Assembly (NCBI GenBank): GCA_963677895.2
Contig: CAXXGJ010000006.1
Coordinates: 320,001-384,000 of the forward strand
Source of the DNA: Treponemataceae bacterium
GTDB lineage: Bacteria; Spirochaetota; Spirochaetia; Treponematales; Rectinemataceae
Reading direction: 5' to 3'
Length of the DNA stretch: 64,000 nucleotides
Shown: piece after piece, positions 45,543 through 56,000 of the stretch
How positions within the stretch are numbered: the stretch's first letter is position 1
Layout: each line of letters opens with the position of its first letter
Translations under genes and position numbers: made by a program
Notes under the pieces: generated by a model
Seen by the model: only the letters and a program-made list of their open reading frames with translations
Told to the model about the DNA's origin: nothing
Database searches by the model: none

Positions 45543-46451
45543 GTGGCTCGGACCAGCAACGTTCGGAAAGGCCTTTCCAGGCAGCTTAAAATCGATATGA
45601 AGGCCTGGCTCTTTATCGCTCCGGCCCTCGTTTTCATACTGACTTTTACGGTGTATCCGATTCTGCGGAGCCTTTGGCTCGGTATGAACCAGCTTGAAAT
45701 GGGGATGCCAAAACCCTACTTCGTCGGATTTCAGAATTATGTACAGCTGGCGTCGGAGCCCCTGTTCTGGAAGGTTATGCGGAACTCCTTCGCTTTCTCC
45801 CTTCTCACCGTTCTCCCGAGCATGGCATTGGGTATCGGTCTGGCAACAATCGTGAACAAAAAAATCAGGGGAGTCGGCTTTCTCCGGACCGCTTATTTTT
45901 ATCCCGCGGTCATGCCCATGATTGCCATCGCGAGTACGTGGATGTTCATTTATATGGCTCAGTACGGCATGCTTGACCAGTTCCTCGCCAGCGTTGGCCT
46001 TAAGTCGCTCAACGTTCTCTCCAGCAAGAAGACCGTTCTTCCGGCCTTGTCGGTGATGTATATATGGAAAGAAGCGGGCTACCTGATGATCTTTTTCCTT
46101 TCCGGGCTCCAGAACATTTCGACCGAAATTTACGAAGCCGCCAAAATCGACGGAGCCAGACCCTGGACGATTTTCCGCAAGATCACGCTTCCCTTGCTTG
46201 CCCCGACGATGCTCTTCGTCTCCACGATCGCGCTGACCAACAGTCTCAAGCTCGTCGATCACATTGTCATCATGACCGAGGGCGCGCCGAACAACGCCAG
46301 CACGCTTCTCCTCTATTACATTTACCAGCAGGGTTTCATTTACTTCGACCAAGGCAAGGCATCGTCGCTGACCGTGATCATGCTCGTCATAATGCTTACC
46401 GTCTCGATGCTGCAGTTCATCAAGACAGACACGAAAATTTACTACAACTGA
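45543..46451 (+). CDS. Carbohydrate ABC permease (UgpA-like)
   Basis: FVGFQNY, IYEAAKIDGA, ITLPLLAP. Confidence 0.92.
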   Translation: MARTSNVRKGLSRQLKIDMKAWLFIAPALVFILTFTVYPILRSLWLGMNQLEMGMPKPYFVGFQNYVQLASEPLFWKVMRNSFAFSLLTVLPSMALGIGLATIVNKKIRGVGFLRTAYFYPAVMPMIAIASTWMFIYMAQYGMLDQFLASVGLKSLNVLSSKKTVLPALSVMYIWKEAGYLMIFFLSGLQNISTEIYEAAKIDGARPWTIFRKITLPLLAPTMLFVSTIALTNSLKLVDHIVIMTEGAPNNASTLLLYYIYQQGFIYFDQGKASSLTVIMLVIMLTVSMLQFIKTDTKIYYN

Positions 46452-46462
46452 GGAGGCGGATC

Positions 46463-47275
46463 TTGAAAAAGAATGAGAATATAGTTCCCGCCACCCTCGG
46501 GTTCATCCTGGCTTTCGTCTGGCTCGTGCCTCTCGTATGGCTGATCGGCACCGCCTTTTCCAAGGCGAGCTTCGCGATGTCCTTGGTGCCCAATTCAGGC
46601 TTCACTCTGGACAATATTATTTACGTATGGCAGAACGTTCCATTCGGCAAATACTACATGAACACGATACTGATCGTGGTCGTCACTTTCTCCGTCCAGT
46701 GCGTCACCGGCACGCTCGCGGCATATGCGCTCGCGACAATGAAGTTCAGGGGCGAGAAGCTCGTCTTCCTCATAATATTCATCCAGATCATCATACCGAA
46801 TGACGTACTCATCATTCCGAATTACCGAACGTTGAGCGATCTCAAACTGACCGACACGAAGCTGGGCATAATGCTGCCTTTCTTCGGCAGCGCCTTCGGC
46901 ATTTTCCTTTTGAGGCAGACTTTCAAGACCATTCCTTTGGCTTTGTCCGAGGCGGCGATAATCGACGGCTGCAGCACGTTGCAGATCATCCGGAACATCT
47001 ATCTGCCGAGTTCTAAGGCAGCCTACATATCCTTCGGTCTCGTCTCCGTGAGCTATCACTGGAACAACTTCCTGTGGCCGCTCATCGTGACCAACTCGCC
47101 CGAAAACAGGACGCTCACCGTCGGTTTAGCGCTCTTCGCCAAGTCCAAGGAAGCGGTGATGCAATGGGCCAATGTCTGCGCCGCCACTTTCATCATTATT
47201 TTCCCTCTGGTCTTAGCGTTTTTCATTTTCCAGAAAAAATTCATAAACAGCTTCGTGAGCTCAGGCATTAAGTGA
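46463..47275 (+). CDS. Carbohydrate ABC permease (UgpE-like)
   Basis: FGIFLLRQTF, EAAIIDG, WNNFLWPL; TTG start after GAGGAGG. Confidence 0.92.
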   Translation: MKKNENIVPATLGFILAFVWLVPLVWLIGTAFSKASFAMSLVPNSGFTLDNIIYVWQNVPFGKYYMNTILIVVVTFSVQCVTGTLAAYALATMKFRGEKLVFLIIFIQIIIPNDVLIIPNYRTLSDLKLTDTKLGIMLPFFGSAFGIFLLRQTFKTIPLALSEAAIIDGCSTLQIIRNIYLPSSKAAYISFGLVSVSYHWNNFLWPLIVTNSPENRTLTVGLALFAKSKEAVMQWANVCAATFIIIFPLVLAFFIFQKKFINSFVSSGIK

Positions 47276-47293
47276 GCGAAAAAAGGATCGGAT

Positions 47294-47995
47294 ATGGAGC
47301 TTAATTTCCTGGGATCCGGGGCGGCCTTCAACCCCATAATGGAGAATTCCAACGCTTATTTTTTGGCAAGCAAACGCTTCTTTCTCCTGGATTGCGGAGA
47401 AACGGCTTTTGGCAAGATATGGAATCTTCCGGCTTACATAGAGAGCGAAGAAGTCGTGGCGCTCATCACCCACTTGCACGCCGACCATGTGGGCAGTCTC
47501 GGCTCCCTCATTTCCTACAGCTATTATGTCATGAAAAAGCCCGTGACCGTGGTCCATCCGCTGGATACCATCGTTCAACTTCTCGATCTTCTGGGTATAG
47601 ATCGCGTCTGCTACCGCTTCCGGAAGCTGGAACGGGGAGAAGCCGCGGATTTCGGGGGTGGCGTATCGGCAAAGCCTCTCATGGTGGATCATGTGGCCAA
47701 CATGACTTGTTTCGGATACATCCTGTCGGATGGCTTCGAGAGAATTTACTTCAGCGGGGACGCCAAATCGCTGCCGGGCGAAGTGCTTGAAGGATTGGCC
47801 AGCGGGGAAATCGATCGAGCTTACCAGGATACAAGCAACACGTTGAGCGATCATCCTACCCACGCGACCTTGGATTATCTGGAGAAGCTCATCCCCGAAA
47901 AATCGCGCGGCAAGGTGTATTGCATTCATCTAGACTACGATTATCGGGATCTCCTGGTTCAGAAGGGATTCAAAGTCGTCAACGTCAAGTCTTGA
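47294..47995 (+). CDS. MBL-fold metallo-hydrolase (RNase Z/phosphodiesterase-like)
   Basis: FLGSGAAF, LLDCG, THLHADH, FSGD, CIHLD. Confidence 0.88.
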   Translation: MELNFLGSGAAFNPIMENSNAYFLASKRFFLLDCGETAFGKIWNLPAYIESEEVVALITHLHADHVGSLGSLISYSYYVMKKPVTVVHPLDTIVQLLDLLGIDRVCYRFRKLERGEAADFGGGVSAKPLMVDHVANMTCFGYILSDGFERIYFSGDAKSLPGEVLEGLASGEIDRAYQDTSNTLSDHPTHATLDYLEKLIPEKSRGKVYCIHLDYDYRDLLVQKGFKVVNVKS

Positions 47996-48014
47996 TCGAT
48001 CAGCTTTTGATCGA

Positions 48015-50201
48015 TCAGCGCCGGAACTGCTTCTCGTAGGTTTTTCGCGCCTTCTCGAGGGCTTCGGCCGACGAGAGAGCGCCGTTGTAGGCGTTTTTCA
48101 CTTCAAGCCCCAGGATTCCAAGGAATCGCCGCTCGTCGAATGGCGAAAAATCCGTAAAAGGCGTTCTCTGATTGGCCGAGAGGGCGAAGCAATCCTTGGC
48201 CAGGTCGAGCCAGGGATAGCTGTCGATTATCTCATAGTTCTCGTATGACTTCCCGCAAGCGGAAACGCTTCCCAGCAACATCGACGCGGAGGAAATCGGC
48301 TCGCTCGACAGCCAGCGGATGAATGACAGAGCCAGCTCCGGATTTTTGCTGAAGCGTGAAACGCCAAGAGATCCGCCACCTATTATCGGGCTTCCTCCGG
48401 GGACAAGGGCATAGCCTATCCGATTCACAACCTTGGAATTCCGGTTGAGGATATCCGACGCGAAATTGCTGTACAGGATAGTCATCGCGACATTCCCTTC
48501 GCTGAACTCCATGGCCGCGTGCGTCCACCAAGGGCAGGGGACGGGCTTGGCGTACTGCCTGGCCTCGACAAGAGCGTCCAACGCCGTCCTGGCATTTTCC
48601 GTATCGAGAAGGAGCCGACCGCCATCGTCGAAAAGATTCCTGGTCAGGCTGAAATAGCGCGTGAGGAATTCGGTGCCCGCGACGCCTGTGCTCCCGAGGG
48701 TGACCGTCGTGCCATAATCGACGGGCGACTGCGCGTTGAAGGATTTCGTGAAGAATCGCGCGATGCGGTTGTACTCCTCGAAGGTTGTTGGCGGAACAAG
48801 GGGGTGCCGATAGGTCTCCTGGTAAAGGCGTTTCAGGACGGTGCTTTCGAAAAGATCTTTCCTGTAGAAGAGGACTTGCGCGCTCGGGGAGATAGGAATC
48901 GCGTAGAATTTATCCTTGACGAAAAAATACTGCTTGCTGATTCCGCCGACAAAGCTGTCGGGAGCCGAGGGTATCGATGACGAAATATCCTGGAGAGGAA
49001 GGAGTATGCGGCCAGCGAACCAGGACAGCCATGTGACGTCGAGGCGCAGGACATCGTAGATGCTGGATTCATCCATGCCCGAAAGGATCTCGTGGATCTC
49101 GTCATAGGACGATACCGACACATTCACCTTGATGCCAGTCGATTGAGTGTAGAGGAGAGCGAGATACTTCATGGCCGAAGCCTCGGGACTGTCCAAAGTG
49201 AGAAAGTTGATGCAATTGCCGCCATTGCGCGCGGGTGGCTTTGGGGCTGCCCAATCGCGGAACCCCGAGTTTTCGAGAATGACGCGATGTTCGGCCGTGC
49301 GATGCCCGATATGAGAGATCAGAAGGTCGGCCGCGCGCTTACCCATGAGGCGATAGTTGAGCTCGTACTTGATGAAGTTCGGTTCGGGCATGGTGAATAG
49401 CGGGGAAACGGTGTGAATTTTCGTGGTCGCCGGGCTATAAAATGTTTTCAGCACATCGCGTATGGTATCGGCGAATCCAAAGTTCGATACGAAAACGCCT
49501 TCAGGGCAGTCATGATCGAAGAGCTGCATCGCGTTCTGGTTCCGCCTGAACTGATCGGTCTGCATGTGACTGACGCTGACGCTTTTCTCGCCGCTGAAAA
49601 CGGCCATGAAAGCGGCGTAAAAATCCCTCTCGTTCGAAAACCCGAGGTTGTCGGTAACGAGCGCAAGCGATTTCATGCCTTGGCGCAGCGCATACTCGGC
49701 CATGGCCTTCCCGCTTTTTCCGTAATCGAAACCTATGTAATTGCTGGGTTCATTCTGGCCTCGCTCGATGTAAAGGATGGAAGAATCATCGAACCCCGCC
49801 CTGCGATAATCCGCGATCATCTCGCTCGAACTGGGAAAGGCGACTATGCCCCTGGCCATGCCTGAACGGGCTTGGGTAATCATCCTGCGCTCGGTCTCCG
49901 GATCATCGTTGGATAGATAGAGTAGCGTGGAGTAGCCTTTGCTCTTGGAAAAAGAGGTAAAGCTGCGGTAGAAATCGACATATTGCCTGAAACGGATATT
50001 GGGCAGAATAACGGCGAAAATCCGGCTATTGCCTTGCCGGAGCAGTTTCGCTCGCTCGTTGATCGCATAGCCCAAGGCAGAGGCGGCGGCTTCCACAAGG
50101 CGGATCTTTTCGCTCGATACATTGCCTTTGCCGTTGATTACGTTAGAGACGGTTCCTTGGGAGACGCCAGCTTTCTTGGCTATATCTTTTATTGTCGCCA
50201 T
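48015..50201 (-). CDS. LacI family regulator fused to a C-terminal family-1 solute-binding domain
   Basis: TIKDIAKKAGVSQGTVSNVIN HTH, periplasmic-binding core, then YDVLRLD...LFYRKDLF...PPTTFEE...GGGSLGV; start could be 50213. Confidence 0.88.
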   Translation of the reverse strand: MATIKDIAKKAGVSQGTVSNVINGKGNVSSEKIRLVEAAASALGYAINERAKLLRQGNSRIFAVILPNIRFRQYVDFYRSFTSFSKSKGYSTLLYLSNDDPETERRMITQARSGMARGIVAFPSSSEMIADYRRAGFDDSSILYIERGQNEPSNYIGFDYGKSGKAMAEYALRQGMKSLALVTDNLGFSNERDFYAAFMAVFSGEKSVSVSHMQTDQFRRNQNAMQLFDHDCPEGVFVSNFGFADTIRDVLKTFYSPATTKIHTVSPLFTMPEPNFIKYELNYRLMGKRAADLLISHIGHRTAEHRVILENSGFRDWAAPKPPARNGGNCINFLTLDSPEASAMKYLALLYTQSTGIKVNVSVSSYDEIHEILSGMDESSIYDVLRLDVTWLSWFAGRILLPLQDISSSIPSAPDSFVGGISKQYFFVKDKFYAIPISPSAQVLFYRKDLFESTVLKRLYQETYRHPLVPPTTFEEYNRIARFFTKSFNAQSPVDYGTTVTLGSTGVAGTEFLTRYFSLTRNLFDDGGRLLLDTENARTALDALVEARQYAKPVPCPWWTHAAMEFSEGNVAMTILYSNFASDILNRNSKVVNRIGYALVPGGSPIIGGGSLGVSRFSKNPELALSFIRWLSSEPISSASMLLGSVSACGKSYENYEIIDSYPWLDLAKDCFALSANQRTPFTDFSPFDERRFLGILGLEVKNAYNGALSSAEALEKARKTYEKQFRR

Positions 50202-50392
50202 GAATCGCTCCATTTGTTGATCAGCATGTCCAATTATACCCTAAAAACGGACTCTGTGGATCGCGGAGTTTTTGGCAACGCGGAATTTGAAGAAGAAGAG
50301 CGGCTTATGACGCTATCGGCTTTCTTTGTGACATCATTTTCCTCGCATTATCCCAGGAATGACGCTAGACTCGATGAGAGCGGAGGGAATCG

Positions 50393-52936
50393 ATGTACGT
50401 ACATCTTGGCAGACGGAAAGCATTCGCGGTGTTGATCGCGGCGTTTCTGATTGGCTCTTTGCCTCCTGTTTGGAGCGCTGGCGATCCGGCGACGGAACTG
50501 AGCGACGGCAAAAAGGCCGAGCTTCAGCGGACCCTCGAAACAATGATGGAACGGTATAAAATTCCCGGCGCTATCGCCGGCCTTTGGTTTCCCGGAATCG
50601 GCGATTGGATTGGGACGGCGGGTATCGGGAATCCGGTCACGGGTGAAATTCCCCAATCGGATGACAAAGTAAGGATCGGCAGCATTACCAAGAGCTTCAC
50701 CGCTACGGTGGTTTTGCAGCTTGTGGACGAGGGCCGGCTTTCGCTGGATGATTTCCTGGTCAAATGGGAACCCCGGGTGCCGGGAGCCGATGGCATCACT
50801 ATCAGACAGCTGCTCAACATGACCTCGGGGCTCTACAATTTCACCGATCTTCCCGAGTTTTGGGATGCGCTCGACAAAGATCCCTCGGCCGTTTGGACGC
50901 CGTCGCGGCTCGTGGATATGGCGATCGCCCAGCCAGCTGCGTTCGCGCCGGGCAGCCAGTTCATGTATTGTAATACGAATTATGTTTTGCTGGGGATGAT
51001 CATCGAGAAAGTAACCGGAAGAACGGCGGGCGAGGAAATCACCTCGAGAATCATCAACAGGCTGGGGCTCAAAGACACATCCTTCCCGATGACGCCTGAA
51101 ATCAATGAACCTTATATGCGAGGTAATGTGCCCGCGGCCGGCGAAGCCGAAGGCCCGGCCAAAGTGGACGAATTCAGCATTTGTTCGCCGACGCCCTATT
51201 GGACCGCCGGCGGCATGATCGGAACGTTGCGCGATCTTAGAACGTGGATAAAGGCTATCGCTACCGGCGAACTGCTCAGTCCGGCGATGCACGCCGAACA
51301 GCTGAACTTTTCCGCTCCCAATACCGAGTTCTACGGGCTGGGCGTCATGAACGGCGGCGGCGTGATGCTGGGGCATTCCGGGGAAGTGCCCGGGTACAAT
51401 TCCTCAATGTATTACATCCCGTCCTTAGACGCTTTTGGCATAACGCTCATCAATCGGTACCCCAGCGAGGTCGAGGGCGCGGCGGACCAGGTGAACATCG
51501 CTCTCATACAGACGATGGTCGCTTCTTCCGCCGCGGGATTCTCCTATCCCGATCCCGGCGATTTTAGCGGCCTGTCCTGGGTGGATGCTTTCGCGGCGGC
51601 TCACGAAAAACTCTCGAAGGAGTATGCCTTCGGCGAATGGAAAGCCGTTGATTGGCAGGGCTTGCGCGAGAAATATCTGCCGCTGATAGCGCGTGCGCAG
51701 GCCGCTGGAGACGAGAAGGCGTATTACCTGGCCTTGCATGAATATCTTTTCTCGATCCCCGATGGCCACCTGAGCTTGAACGCCAAAGACTCTTCGATTC
51801 CGGTGGCTCTCGGCAAGGAATTGACCGGGGGTGGCTTCGGTCTAGCGATGGCCGAGCTCGATGACGGACGGGTTGTCGTCGCGGGGGTCGTGCCCGGAAG
51901 CAAGGCGGCCGAGGCCGGCATCGTCGCTAGCGCGGAAGTGATTTTCTGGGGCGGATTGCCGACCGAGGCCGCCATCGGCGCCATCGATGTGGGCGCTCTC
52001 CCCTATAAAATGCTGACGAAGGCCTATGGCGGGGAGAATCCATGGGCGACCGAGGAGCAACATCGCCTGGAACAGTGCAAGCTTCTCACTCGCGGGCCGG
52101 TGGGGAAGAAAGTCGTGGTGGAGTACAGGAATCCAGGCGCGAAAGGACTGAACGTCGCGACGCTCGAGGCCGTCGATGATGAGGGAGAGACCTTCCATCT
52201 CATCGACTTTGCCGCGAGACCGGAACTCTCGGATAAAATCGACGATCGGATCCTGCCCGAAGGCTATGGGTATATTCTCATCAGGGTGGAGTATGACTTC
52301 TCCAATCCGGGATATCCGACGGGGATTTACGAGCGCTTTAAAACTGTCATCGCGCGATTCATGGACGCGAAGGTATCAGGCATCGTCCTCGATTTCCGCG
52401 GGAATTACGGCGGCTCCGATCAGCTCGCCGCTGATATCTGCGGCTTTTTCTATCCAGCCACCGCGTTTTATGAAAGACAGGAATACTATGACAAGCGCGA
52501 CGGGAAATTCATCAGCCTGACGATCGCCGAAAAAGGACCGACGCCGATCATCGACAAAGTTCTCATCGAGCCGCAATCGCCGCGCTTTGACGGTCCTGTC
52601 GTCGTGCTCGTCAATCCCGGAACGAAAAGTTCGGGAGAGGGCGTGCCCGCTAATCTTTTAAAGCTGGCGCAAGGCAGGGTGATTGGTTTCAATGGCACAA
52701 ACGGTTCTTTCGGGATGGTGGGAGGCGAAATAGCGCTGCCCGGCGGCTATAGCATCGGCTATCCATTCGGCAGATCTGTGGATGAGGAAGGGCGGATTCA
52801 ACTGGATTCGAGGAATGGTGTCGGCGGCGTTGCGCCGGGCTTGAGAGTCCCCAAAACGCTCGACAACGTTCTAGCCCTGGCGGCGGGAACCGATGTCGAA
52901 CTTCAGTACGCTATAAAATACTTATCGGGGCTTTGA
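50393..52936 (+). CDS. Secreted serine hydrolase (beta-lactamase family) fused to an S41 peptidase domain
   Basis: Signal peptide; SxxK GSITK, YxN YCN, GHSG; then PDGH, LDFRGNYGG, TKSSGE, GTNGSFG. Confidence 0.85.
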   Translation: MYVHLGRRKAFAVLIAAFLIGSLPPVWSAGDPATELSDGKKAELQRTLETMMERYKIPGAIAGLWFPGIGDWIGTAGIGNPVTGEIPQSDDKVRIGSITKSFTATVVLQLVDEGRLSLDDFLVKWEPRVPGADGITIRQLLNMTSGLYNFTDLPEFWDALDKDPSAVWTPSRLVDMAIAQPAAFAPGSQFMYCNTNYVLLGMIIEKVTGRTAGEEITSRIINRLGLKDTSFPMTPEINEPYMRGNVPAAGEAEGPAKVDEFSICSPTPYWTAGGMIGTLRDLRTWIKAIATGELLSPAMHAEQLNFSAPNTEFYGLGVMNGGGVMLGHSGEVPGYNSSMYYIPSLDAFGITLINRYPSEVEGAADQVNIALIQTMVASSAAGFSYPDPGDFSGLSWVDAFAAAHEKLSKEYAFGEWKAVDWQGLREKYLPLIARAQAAGDEKAYYLALHEYLFSIPDGHLSLNAKDSSIPVALGKELTGGGFGLAMAELDDGRVVVAGVVPGSKAAEAGIVASAEVIFWGGLPTEAAIGAIDVGALPYKMLTKAYGGENPWATEEQHRLEQCKLLTRGPVGKKVVVEYRNPGAKGLNVATLEAVDDEGETFHLIDFAARPELSDKIDDRILPEGYGYILIRVEYDFSNPGYPTGIYERFKTVIARFMDAKVSGIVLDFRGNYGGSDQLAADICGFFYPATAFYERQEYYDKRDGKFISLTIAEKGPTPIIDKVLIEPQSPRFDGPVVVLVNPGTKSSGEGVPANLLKLAQGRVIGFNGTNGSFGMVGGEIALPGGYSIGYPFGRSVDEEGRIQLDSRNGVGGVAPGLRVPKTLDNVLALAAGTDVELQYAIKYLSGL

Positions 52937-53016
52937 AACAATAGAAAATGTGGCGACTTCGTCGATGCCGCATTATCCGAATTACTCTGAATAAGGTTAT
53001 TGGAGGTTATGCGATC

Positions 53017-56000
53017 ATGAAGAAATCAGGATTGCCGATTTCTGCGTTGGTACTGGCCTTTTTGCTTATTCCGGCGATGGCTTTCTCCCAATTTCCCGGC
53101 GTACCGGCGATTCCTGAGCATCTCAGGCAGGCTGTCGCCATAGCGAGGGAATCCTTGGACCAGGATCTTCGTTCGGAGACTGCCTGCAGCGCCGCGGTCG
53201 CTGTCATCGAAGACGGGACGATCGTCTACTCCGAGACCTTCGGCCTCGCGGATCGGGAAAACAAGGTGTCAGTCCGCGCGGACACTCTGTTCAACATTGG
53301 CTCCATAAGCAAAGCCTTTACCACCTCGGCCATGATGGCCCTCGTCGACGAGGGAAAGGTCGGGCTCGACGTTCCCGTGCTGCGATACCTTCCGGAGTTC
53401 GCGATGGCCGATCCCCGTTTCCAGAATATCACGATTCGAATGCTGCTGAACCATACTTCCGGAATTCCAGGCACCAACTGGGAAAACGGGATGGGCTTCG
53501 AAAGCGATCCTGAATACGCGCGCACAACGTTGAAGAAACTTAAGACGCAGCGCCTCAAGTTCGATCCAGGAGCGGTCGCGACCTACTGCAACGACGGCTT
53601 TACCCTCGCCGAGCTCGTCATAGAGCGTGTTTCCGGCATGAGTTTTATCGATTGCGTCGCGCAACGTGTACTCTCCCCCCTTGCCATGACGCGTACGGGG
53701 CTCAGCATGGGGCTCAGAAAAAGCGAGCCTTCAGCCCTGTATTACGAGCCGGGCACGGGCAAGAGGGAGCCTGCGGAAGTGGTGTCCATCCTGGGCGCGG
53801 GGGGAATGGCCTCTACGGCCGAGGATCTCTGCCGCTTCGCCTATTCCTTTTCAGGGGACGGTTCCCAGTTCCTGAGTCCGGAATCGCGCAACGAGATGCT
53901 GAAAGAACAGCCCTCCGCCGCTAAACGGCAGAACGCCTCGGCGGGTTGGCCCTATGGCCTCGGCTGGGATTTGGTCGAAAAGTCGCCATTCAAGGAAGCG
54001 GGCATTCAGGTGCTGGGCAAGGGCGGCAACACGGGACGTTATACGTCGCAGATTCTGGTCGCTCCTTCGAAGCGAATCGCCATCGCCATCGTGGAAAGCG
54101 CCGCCGGGGCACCCGCCGTCATCACCGCCTCCAGGATGCTGGAAGCCGCTCTGCTTGACAAAGGGCAGATGAGCCGGTCCGGGACCGCGCCCGCGCTCGA
54201 TCCCGCGCGCGAACCCGCCCTTGAGCCCGCGCGCGAAGCCATCCCGCGCGGCTACGCCGAATTCGAGGGGTATTACGCGGCGGGCGGCTATGTCATAAAG
54301 CTGGATATAGATTTCGACCGCGACGAACTCTCCGTGCTCATCCTCTACCAAGGGCGCCAGATGCCCCGACCTCCGAGCTTCTACAGCGGCGGCGCCTTCT
54401 ATTCCAGCGACGGCGACCCTATCCGGTTGGAAAAAATCGATGGCATCTGCTGCTTCCTAACCGAAACGCCCTTCGGCCCCAATGTGGCCGCCCAGCGCCT
54501 AGAGGTTCTGGACAATCCCCTGAGTTTGGACACGGAAATCGCGGGCAGGCTCTGGCTGCGCCGAAATATCGGTCCCTACGAAGGCAGATCCCTCGCCTTG
54601 TTCAATCCCTTCACGGTATCGAATACGGTGCCGACCCTGCCCGGCTACGTCGATTTCGACGGCATCAAGGAGGTGACCTCGCCCTCCACGGCCACCTTCG
54701 TCGCCACCTACGTGCGGGACCAGACGGAACTCTCCCTTGTCGAAAAAGACGGCGAGACCAGGGCATGGCTTTCGTACAAGCTCATGAGCCCGGCGGACGA
54801 GGCATTGCGCCTGTCCCGCGGTTTTTCCGCGGTCACGATCGGGAGCGAAGGGCTCAACGAATGGCTCGTCGCCGCGGAAGACCTGACCTTGCAGGTCAGG
54901 AAGCCGGGAAGGGGAAGACTTGTCATATACTCCCCCGGTCTCGCGCCCATCTACGACAGCGTTCTGGATACGGGGGACGTGAAAGTCGAAAAAGGATCCC
55001 TCATCCAGCTCGCCGGCCTGCCCGGCGACAGGTTCGCCCTCACAGGGCTCACGAAGGAAGCCTGGACCCTCCTCGACACCATGTCCCTATGGGACTTTTC
55101 CGATGTGGATGTCTCGCCCGACGGGAAGAAGATAATCTTCACCGCCTCCACTGCATCCACCGCCTCAACCGCCGCGCGGGAGGGAGGTCTATCCAATCCC
55201 GTCCCCCGCGTCTACATCGCCGATATCGACGGCAAAAACCCCAGAGCCCTGACGGGCGAGGACGGCCCCAGCTATCACGCGCAGTGGTCGCCGGACGGCA
55301 AACGCATATCCTTTCTCTCCTTCCGGTCGGGCAAACTGGAACTCTGGCTCATCGCTCCCGAAGGGGGAGAGGCGGTACAGCTCAGCCACGCGAACGCCGC
55401 GGTCTACGCCTACCGTTGGGCCCGGGACGGGGCCTTCATCGGCTATATCGATCCCGATCCCGCGAGCCCCGAAGAAATCCGGGCCGCCCAGGCTATGGAA
55501 GATCCCCAGATCGTCGATGAGCAGGAAAAGATGATTCATCTCTGGACGGTGGCGACGGAGCCCGACGCGAAAGGGCTCTATGCGACGAAGAGAATCACCT
55601 CCGGCGATTTCTGCGTCTCGAGCTGGGACTTCGCGCCCGACGGCTCGGCCGTTACCTTCGTACGGCAGAAGCGGCTTCTGCCCCTGTATGAATATCCCGG
55701 GTTGATCTCCAGGCTCGATCTCAAGAGCGGCATCATCGCCGACCTCGTGCCTTCGATCGAGCGGGGCATCTACAATTCCATAAGCTATTCGCCCGATGGC
55801 GAATCGATCGCCTATACGACAAGCCGGTCTTTTTTCACGCTGATGGATGTCTCGGTCCTCCCCGCCGCGGGTGGCACTCCGGTGACCCTAGCCAAGGACC
55901 AGAGCCAGAGCGCCTTGTACAACAGCCTAGGTCTCCTCGGCTGGTCGCCCGATGGGGCTTACCTCTATATTTCGAACGCCCGGGGCACGAAGGCGGCGAT

